Below are positions 58,297 through 64,000 of a stretch of DNA of 64,000 nucleotides, one piece after another. This stretch comes from Ignavibacteriales bacterium (GTDB taxonomy: Bacteria; Bacteroidota; Ignavibacteria; UBA10030; UBA6906). The DNA lies in contig JBBIRR010000008.1 in the NCBI GenBank assembly GCA_037441705.1, forward strand, positions 1 through 64,000, written 5' to 3'. The translations under genes and the position numbers were made by a program. Below the pieces are notes generated by a model, which was given only the letters and a program-made list of their open reading frames with translations, ran no database searches and was not told the origin of the DNA. Within the stretch, counting starts at the first letter, position 1. Every line of letters starts with the position of its first letter.

Positions 58297-60486
58297 CTAT
58301 TTCCTTCCTTTCGCGTACGCCTGTGCCGCGGCAAGCACATACACCAACTGCGCGCTCTGGTTCACCGCTACTTCATTAGTCGACCAGCTATCGTTGTCCG
58401 TGTAGCGCTGGTCGATCGGCGTATCGGGTGGTTTGTTGTAGCCGCTGCCGAACAGGCCGAGATTGCGTTCGTTGGGATCAGGATTCTCGTTCGGTCCGCC
58501 GGGCAGGATGCCCGGAAAATTGTGCGGCGTTGCATCGAGTGCCTTCAGCCAGTGATGGAAGGCATTCTTCATGCTGTTGACGCCGAAGCCGCTGAAGTAC
58601 ACAAAGCTCAACGAGTTCTGTCCGAACGTGTAATGCAGTTGTTGTTGAGCGGTGAACAGGGAGTTGTAATTCTTGTTCAGCCGCCAGTCCAGAATGTTGT
58701 AGTTCCCAACACGCGCGAAGCTGGTTCCGAGCGATCCCCAATAGTAGTAACCGACAAATCCGAACGGATGCGCATCGCGATCGCGGTTGGCTTCCTCAGC
58801 ACGGCTGATCAGCAAGTTGCGGATCTCCGCCTGTTTGGTAGGATCGGCTCCGGGCGTGCGGAGGTAGAGGAGGTACGCGAGATTCGTTTGGTTGTTGAAA
58901 TCTGAAATCCAGTTGCTTCCCGGATCTTTCGTGAGGAAGAAGGTATGATACTTTTGTTCGCCGGTGGCAAGGAACAGCGCCGCGGACGCAAAGAACCGAG
59001 CGTGAATGTCGTCGGCGTCCTGATACCCGTCGCAATTCTCCGTAATGCTGATTTGGTCGGGATGGGCTTCGAGCCAGCTCCATCCGCGCAGCGCGGCTCG
59101 CTTCATGCGCGCGGCATACGCCGGATCGAACTCGGTATAAATCGTTGAAGCGTACGCAAGCATTGCCGAGGCCGCCGCGGTTGCCGCCGTGGTCTTGTTC
59201 GTCAACTCGTAGCCGGTAATCGTCAGAGGCGTCGTTCGGCCGTAAGAGTAGGGGGAGTTCTTCAGGACGCACATGTTGTGGAAGAAACCGCCGTCGGTCG
59301 TGTCCTGCATGTCAAGAATCCAATCGAGACCCCAACGCAGCTCGTCGATCAGGTCGGGCACGCCGTTGCCCGATTCGGGAATGTTGAGACTGTCGGAGCT
59401 GAAACGGAAATCCTGCCACGCCAGCGCAAGCCAGAAGCACGCATAGGTGTGATTCGGCATGTAGATGGCGAGGTCGCCGGCGTCATGCCAGCCTTTACGG
59501 ACGTAGTGCGTTCCTCCCATGGAACGGGGTTTCAAGACTAACTCCTTTTCGTCCTTTGCGTGCACCCAGGGACCTTCTGCATAGGGCATCTCGATGGCGG
59601 TGTTGTTCCGCTGGTAGTAGAAGAAGCGTATCGCCGCGCGCAGCGTCGCATCGTACACATTGGGACCGATCTCGAACGGATATGACGTTGTTCCGTTGTC
59701 GAGTTTGATGACATAGCGGCCCGGCGTCTCGAACTTCGTAAAGTTGCCGACGTACACCACAACATCTCCCACCGCGCGATGCATCACCTTGCGCTTGTCG
59801 GTGCCCGTGTACATCACTTTGTTGTCGCTGACGCGAACGATCTGATATGATTGATATTCTTCTGCCGAGAACGTTTTGTACCCGTACGTGTCGTAGCCGA
59901 TCTGATCGGCGTAGATGCCTTTGATGGAGGGAGGCTCTCCCTTTCCGGCATACAGTCGCACGTGAGAGATTCTGATATCATCGAGGTGGACGGTGGCGCT
60001 GCTGACGCCGCTGAAGATGAACTTTACGTCATTCAACGGTCTGCTGACAACGGCGGCGGGAAGGAGAACGTCGTACTGTTTCCATTGGTTCGCCTCGCCA
60101 ACGTCGCGCATGGGAATAACGTCGTATTGCCCTTCCATCAACCCCAACTGCACGCTGAATCGGATTTTGTCGCTGCTCGGCCGAATCCAGAAACTGAGGT
60201 AGGAATTCTCATGCACCCAGAACACCGTCGTGTCTTTGTCCCAACCGCCCCACAGAAGGTGCATGCCGCTGACGTTGCTGATGTCCCAGCGCCAGCTTGC
60301 CTTCCCGTTTTTGAAGACGTTCTTATCAATCGAAGCGTTTCCTCCCCACATCTGCGTGACGATGCCTTTTGCGACATCATCCTGAAAGAACACCAGGTTC
60401 GTCGGGTACAGGCCGCCTGACGGCTCCTTGTACTGTGCTGCGGCGTGCAGATACACGAAGGCGAACAAGATGAATCCGGGGCGCAT
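58297..60486 (-). CDS. glycoside hydrolase family 9 with an extra N-terminal beta-rich (CBM-like) domain
   Basis: Signal peptide, DQIGY, GWHDAGD, PDLIDELRWGLDW, STNEVAVN; no T9SS tail. Confidence 0.87.
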   Translation of the reverse strand: MRPGFILFAFVYLHAAAQYKEPSGGLYPTNLVFFQDDVAKGIVTQMWGGNASIDKNVFKNGKASWRWDISNVSGMHLLWGGWDKDTTVFWVHENSYLSFWIRPSSDKIRFSVQLGLMEGQYDVIPMRDVGEANQWKQYDVLLPAAVVSRPLNDVKFIFSGVSSATVHLDDIRISHVRLYAGKGEPPSIKGIYADQIGYDTYGYKTFSAEEYQSYQIVRVSDNKVMYTGTDKRKVMHRAVGDVVVYVGNFTKFETPGRYVIKLDNGTTSYPFEIGPNVYDATLRAAIRFFYYQRNNTAIEMPYAEGPWVHAKDEKELVLKPRSMGGTHYVRKGWHDAGDLAIYMPNHTYACFWLALAWQDFRFSSDSLNIPESGNGVPDLIDELRWGLDWILDMQDTTDGGFFHNMCVLKNSPYSYGRTTPLTITGYELTNKTTAATAAASAMLAYASTIYTEFDPAYAARMKRAALRGWSWLEAHPDQISITENCDGYQDADDIHARFFASAALFLATGEQKYHTFFLTKDPGSNWISDFNNQTNLAYLLYLRTPGADPTKQAEIRNLLISRAEEANRDRDAHPFGFVGYYYWGSLGTSFARVGNYNILDWRLNKNYNSLFTAQQQLHYTFGQNSLSFVYFSGFGVNSMKNAFHHWLKALDATPHNFPGILPGGPNENPDPNERNLGLFGSGYNKPPDTPIDQRYTDNDSWSTNEVAVNQSAQLVYVLAAAQAYAKGRK

Positions 60487-60516
60487 AACTCTCCTTCTCT
60501 TCGTTGTTGGGACAGC

Positions 60517-61488
60517 TTAGTTTGACGTGAGACTGATTGCGCTTCGCGCGAGGGGGCGGGTGAGATGATCCTCGAACCCAATACCTTCACTGATGATGTA
60601 GAGCGGCCGTTGTTTGACTTCGTCGTAAATTCTGCCGATGTACTCTCCGATGACTCCCAGCGTCATCAGAATCAGCCCGCCAAGGAATGTGATGGTACAA
60701 ATGGTGGATGCCCATCCCAGGATAGCCTTGTTGGTGAAGAGCTTCTCATACACAACGAAAAGCCCACCCCCGAACGCCACGAGAGCCGAAAGGAAACCGA
60801 CGTAGGAGGCGACGCGCAGCGGAACATTCGAAAAAGAAAAGATGCCGTCGAGCGCTAACTGCAACAGTCGGCCGAAGGACATCTGCGGCTCGCCCGCAAA
60901 CCGCGGGTCGCGATCGTACTCGATTCCAATCTGACGGAATCCGACCCACGCGCGCAGACCGCTGATGTAGCGGTGTCGCTCCGGAATCTGCCGCAGCACT
61001 TCGACCACCTTCCTGTCCATGAGGGAGAAGTTTCCCGCATCCATCGGGATTTGAATGGAGGAGAGTGCGTGGAGGACACGATAGAACGTCTTGAACGCGA
61101 AACGTTTCAGGCGGTTCTCTTTCCGGCTGGTCTTGACCGTGTAAACGACCTGGTACCCTTCCTTCCATTTGTCGATCATCTTGGGAAGAAGTTCTGGCGG
61201 GTCCTGAAGGTCTCCATCCATCAGAATCACGGCCTCGCCGCGCGCAAAATCCAGCCCTGCGGAGATCGCCACCTGATGGCCGAAGTTGCGCGAGAGGCGC
61301 AGCACCTTGAAGCGCGCATCGGCCGCGTGAATCTGTCTGAGCAGCTCGAACGAATTGTCCTTGCTCCCATCGTCAATGAGGATCACTTCGAACGTCTCAC
61401 CGAGCGGATGGAGCGCGCTCACCAGTCGCTCCTGCAATACCGGGAGCGTCTGCTCTTCATTATAGATAGGAATGATAATGGAGTACAT
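60517..61488 (-). CDS. GT2 polyprenol-phosphate glycosyltransferase (GtrB/ArnC-like)
   Basis: IDDGSKD, LSRNFGHQ, MDGDLQDPPE, two C-terminal TMs, GEYIGRIY.EVK.RPLY. Confidence 0.92.
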   Translation of the reverse strand: MYSIIIPIYNEEQTLPVLQERLVSALHPLGETFEVILIDDGSKDNSFELLRQIHAADARFKVLRLSRNFGHQVAISAGLDFARGEAVILMDGDLQDPPELLPKMIDKWKEGYQVVYTVKTSRKENRLKRFAFKTFYRVLHALSSIQIPMDAGNFSLMDRKVVEVLRQIPERHRYISGLRAWVGFRQIGIEYDRDPRFAGEPQMSFGRLLQLALDGIFSFSNVPLRVASYVGFLSALVAFGGGLFVVYEKLFTNKAILGWASTICTITFLGGLILMTLGVIGEYIGRIYDEVKQRPLYIISEGIGFEDHLTRPLARSAISLTSN

Positions 61489-61519
61489 GCGCGGGTCGCC
61501 TTGTTCCGAACGCCGATTC

Positions 61520-61620
61520 AGTATAACCGATTAGCTCTAAAGATGCAATGCGTGGGCACCGTGATAGAGCGCAGCCTTCGGGGCGCGCGTATTGCAGTCC
61601 TGTGCGGAGTTGTGTATATT
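61520..61620. promoter_or_regulatory. divergent sigma70 promoters
   Basis: Minus: TTGCAT-N17-TATACT (61548-61520); plus: TTGCAG-N17-TATATT (61592-61620). Confidence 0.55.
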
Positions 61621-61675
61621 GCTTCGCAGTTTTCACTCCCCTGAAAGCATCAATCCACGATTTACTGGGGTTTCC

Positions 61676-62839
61676 ATGACGAAAGTCATGATCATCGATG
61701 ACGACGACGCCATCTGCGCCATCTTGAAAGATGTGCTGGAGATCGAGGGCTACGACGTCAGCTATTCGCTCAGCGGCGAGGAGGGCATCAAGAAGTACAT
61801 GGAGGAGTTGCCTTCCGTCCTGCTGCTCGACCTTCGCCTGCCGGGCATGGACGGGCTGCAGGTGCTCAAAGAAGTCATCTCGTTCGATCCGGATGCCATT
61901 GTTATCATGATTACCGGTTATGGCTCGGTGGACTCGGCCGTGCATGCCATTCGCATGGGTGCCACCGACTATCTTCAGAAGCCCCTCAGCAACGACGAGA
62001 TCACCTACAAAATCGAGACGGCGCTGCGGAACCGAACCCTGCAGAAAGAGCTGAACTATCTCAAAGAGTACATCAACAAGCGCTTCACGATGAACAACAT
62101 CATCCGCGAGAGCGAAGCTATGACCGCCGCGGTTGATATGCTCCAAAAAATCGCTGCCTACGATAAGCCCTTGTTGATTGCCGGGGAACCCGGAACCGGC
62201 AAAGACCTCGCGGCATGGGCCGTCCATCACAGCGGTCGAAGAAAAGAGAAACCGATGGTTGTGTTCGACTGCGCCGCCTATCCCCCCAACATCATGGAAA
62301 CCGAGCTGTTCGGGGATGGCAAGCCGACGGCCCCGCGCAAGGTCGGCAAGATCGAAGAGGCTAATATGGGTACCCTGTATCTCGATCGAATCGATTGGCT
62401 TGCATTGCCGGCGCAGGGGATCATTCTCAATATCTTGCAGACCAAAACGTTCAAGCCGCGATACGGCGGCGCGCCCATTCCGTGCGACATCCATTTGATC
62501 GCGTCAACAACATCCGACCTGAAGACACTCAGCCGTCAAGGAAAGTTCAACGCGCAGTTATATGAGTTGATACGTCAGTATGAGGTGGTGCTGCCGCCGT
62601 TGCGCGAACGCGAGAACGACATCCCCTTGCTGGCGATGCACTTTGTGGAAGAGGCGAACAGAGAGTTTAACCTTGCCATCAGCGGGTTCGAGCCGGGAGC
62701 GATGCGTAAACTCCTCAACCACTCGTGGCCCGGTAATGTGCGCGAGCTGCGCAACGTTGTCCGCTCAGCGATCACGCAAGCTCAAGGGACCATCAAAGAG
62801 AAGGATATCGTCATCCATCGGCAAGGGATTGTGAACTGA
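61676..62839 (+). CDS. NtrC-like response regulator (REC + AAA+), degenerate, no HTH
   Basis: IIDDD..LLDLRLPGMDG..KP; GEPGTGKD; LPPLRER; WPGNVREL. Confidence 0.85.
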   Translation: MTKVMIIDDDDAICAILKDVLEIEGYDVSYSLSGEEGIKKYMEELPSVLLLDLRLPGMDGLQVLKEVISFDPDAIVIMITGYGSVDSAVHAIRMGATDYLQKPLSNDEITYKIETALRNRTLQKELNYLKEYINKRFTMNNIIRESEAMTAAVDMLQKIAAYDKPLLIAGEPGTGKDLAAWAVHHSGRRKEKPMVVFDCAAYPPNIMETELFGDGKPTAPRKVGKIEEANMGTLYLDRIDWLALPAQGIILNILQTKTFKPRYGGAPIPCDIHLIASTTSDLKTLSRQGKFNAQLYELIRQYEVVLPPLRERENDIPLLAMHFVEEANREFNLAISGFEPGAMRKLLNHSWPGNVRELRNVVRSAITQAQGTIKEKDIVIHRQGIVN

Positions 62840-62860
62840 GGGGATTTCTGCCCCGAAGCG

Positions 62861-63268
62861 TTACTTCTGCTTCACCACCGGATAGCCTTTCTCATTCCAT
62901 CGTACCATCCCACCTTCAACGTTGTACACGTCGAAGCCGTGCTTTGCCAGAATCTCCGTTGCGGTCGCGCTTCGGCGTCCCGTGCGGCAGATAGCGAGAA
63001 TCCGTTTGCTCTTGAACTGTTCGAGTTCTCCGATACGTTTTTCCAGCTCCTGAATGGGAATGAGAAGTGAGTGGTTGATGTGGCCGAGGGGGCCTGTGTA
63101 CTCCTCGGGCGTTCGGACATCAACAACAATGACCGTCGAATCGCCGATGAGATGCTCCGCCTCCTCGACGGAAACGGCATGCTTGTGCGTTGTTCGTTGA
63201 CCGAAGAGAATCGTTCCGGCAGCGACGGCGAGAACGATACCAATACTCCGCAACAGTATTTTCATCAC
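62861..63268 (-). CDS. rhodanese-domain protein with N-terminal signal/anchor
   Basis: VDVRTPEEY, GHI, CRTGRRS, GGMVRW. Confidence 0.88.
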   Translation of the reverse strand: MMKILLRSIGIVLAVAAGTILFGQRTTHKHAVSVEEAEHLIGDSTVIVVDVRTPEEYTGPLGHINHSLLIPIQELEKRIGELEQFKSKRILAICRTGRRSATATEILAKHGFDVYNVEGGMVRWNEKGYPVVKQK

Positions 63269-63290
63269 GATTCCTCTATCTCAGTCCTGA

Positions 63291-64000
63291 TCATGCGCTC
63301 ACCATCGGGCGGACGACCGGATAGCCGCGCTCGATCCATCCGAACGTTCCGCCGCGCAAGTTGAGCACGTGTGCATAGCCGTGCTGCTGCAGCAGATGAG
63401 CCGCTTCGAGCGACCGGTTGCCGCTCGCGCAAATGCTCACGATGGTTGTGGACTTGTCCTGAGGGAGTTCATGCAGCCGCGTCTTGAGAATGCGGACGGA
63501 AATATTATGGACTCCTTCGATGGCTCCTGTCGTCATCAACTCGATCGGCTCGCGGACGTCAAGCAAGAACACTCTTGAATCTTTCTGCAGGAGTGCGTGA
63601 AGCTCGTCAGGTGAGACGCTCTGGAACGAATCGGTTGGTTGAGGTACTCGCTGCACGCCGCACTGCAACGTCATCTTTCCTCCGGCAGCGGAAGCCTCGG
63701 CGAGCGGCGGAAAGAAGTCCTGAACGAACTGTACGTATTCGGCTTTCGTCCGCCGCTGCAGGAACGGATTGGTTTTCTTCTCATCGCCGAGCAGGGCATA
63801 GGTGTTGTCTTCGTAGTCATGCCCCGGATACATCTTCGTGTCATCGGGGAGGGGAAGGATTTTGTGCATCAGGCTGTCGTATTGTTCTTCGGGATTGCCG
63901 CCCGGGAGGTCGCTGCGGCCCGCCTGGCCGATTAGAAGAAGGTCACCCGTGAACAGATTGTTGCCGACGAAGAGCGCAATGTGATTGTCGGTGTGTCCGG
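63291..64000 (-). CDS. MBL-fold hydrolase (persulfide dioxygenase-like) fused to rhodanese, 3' part
   Basis: Frame open to the window edge: GHT..H, LFTGD, GRSDLPGG, YPGHDY, EK..NP; then LDVRE, CASGNRS. Confidence 0.85.
   Translation of the reverse strand, partial: GHTDNHIALFVGNNLFTGDLLLIGQAGRSDLPGGNPEEQYDSLMHKILPLPDDTKMYPGHDYEDNTYALLGDEKKTNPFLQRRTKAEYVQFVQDFFPPLAEASAAGGKMTLQCGVQRVPQPTDSFQSVSPDELHALLQKDSRVFLLDVREPIELMTTGAIEGVHNISVRILKTRLHELPQDKSTTIVSICASGNRSLEAAHLLQQHGYAHVLNLRGGTFGWIERGYPVVRPMVSA

Noticed and set aside
61553-61568. Third sigma54-like site GGGCACCGTGATAGA
   Set aside because: Poor -12 element, and good sigma70 promoters already explain both divergent genes.

Overview
A GC-rich bacterial chromosome segment, probably Ignavibacteria/Chlorobi-like. 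This is inferred from the lpxC-fabZ fusion, a T9SS-type C-terminal tail, E. coli-like -35/-10 promoters and SD sites. From left to right it holds: partial Lhr helicase; a MacA adaptor plus two MacB-type permeases; sbtA-sbtB with a long leader containing a uORF; an orphan three-gene operon encoding a Cys/Trp-rich zinc-protease-like protein; uvrA; the uppS-bamA-skp-skp-lpxD-lpxC/fabZ-lpxA-lipoate ligase-panB-surE run; three Na+/amino-acid symporters; pfkA; carB split into two genes around a Spy/CpxP-like gene; a carbamoyltransferase/SxtJ/DUF5989/SGNH cassette; and a ~25 kb Wzx/Wzy polysaccharide locus. That locus has a GH9 paralog near each end and embeds a partner-switching module (WecB-STAS-STAS fusion, PP2C, STAS) and an apparently dead nucleotidyltransferase/sugar-transferase fusion. 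A degenerate NtrC-like regulator and rhodanese genes follow. The best novelty candidates are the sbtA leader-peptide attenuator, the Cys/Trp metalloprotease operon and the STAS/pseudoenzyme-controlled polysaccharide system. No tRNA, rRNA, CRISPR or IS element was recognised. All calls come from motif reading by eye; no database searches were run.
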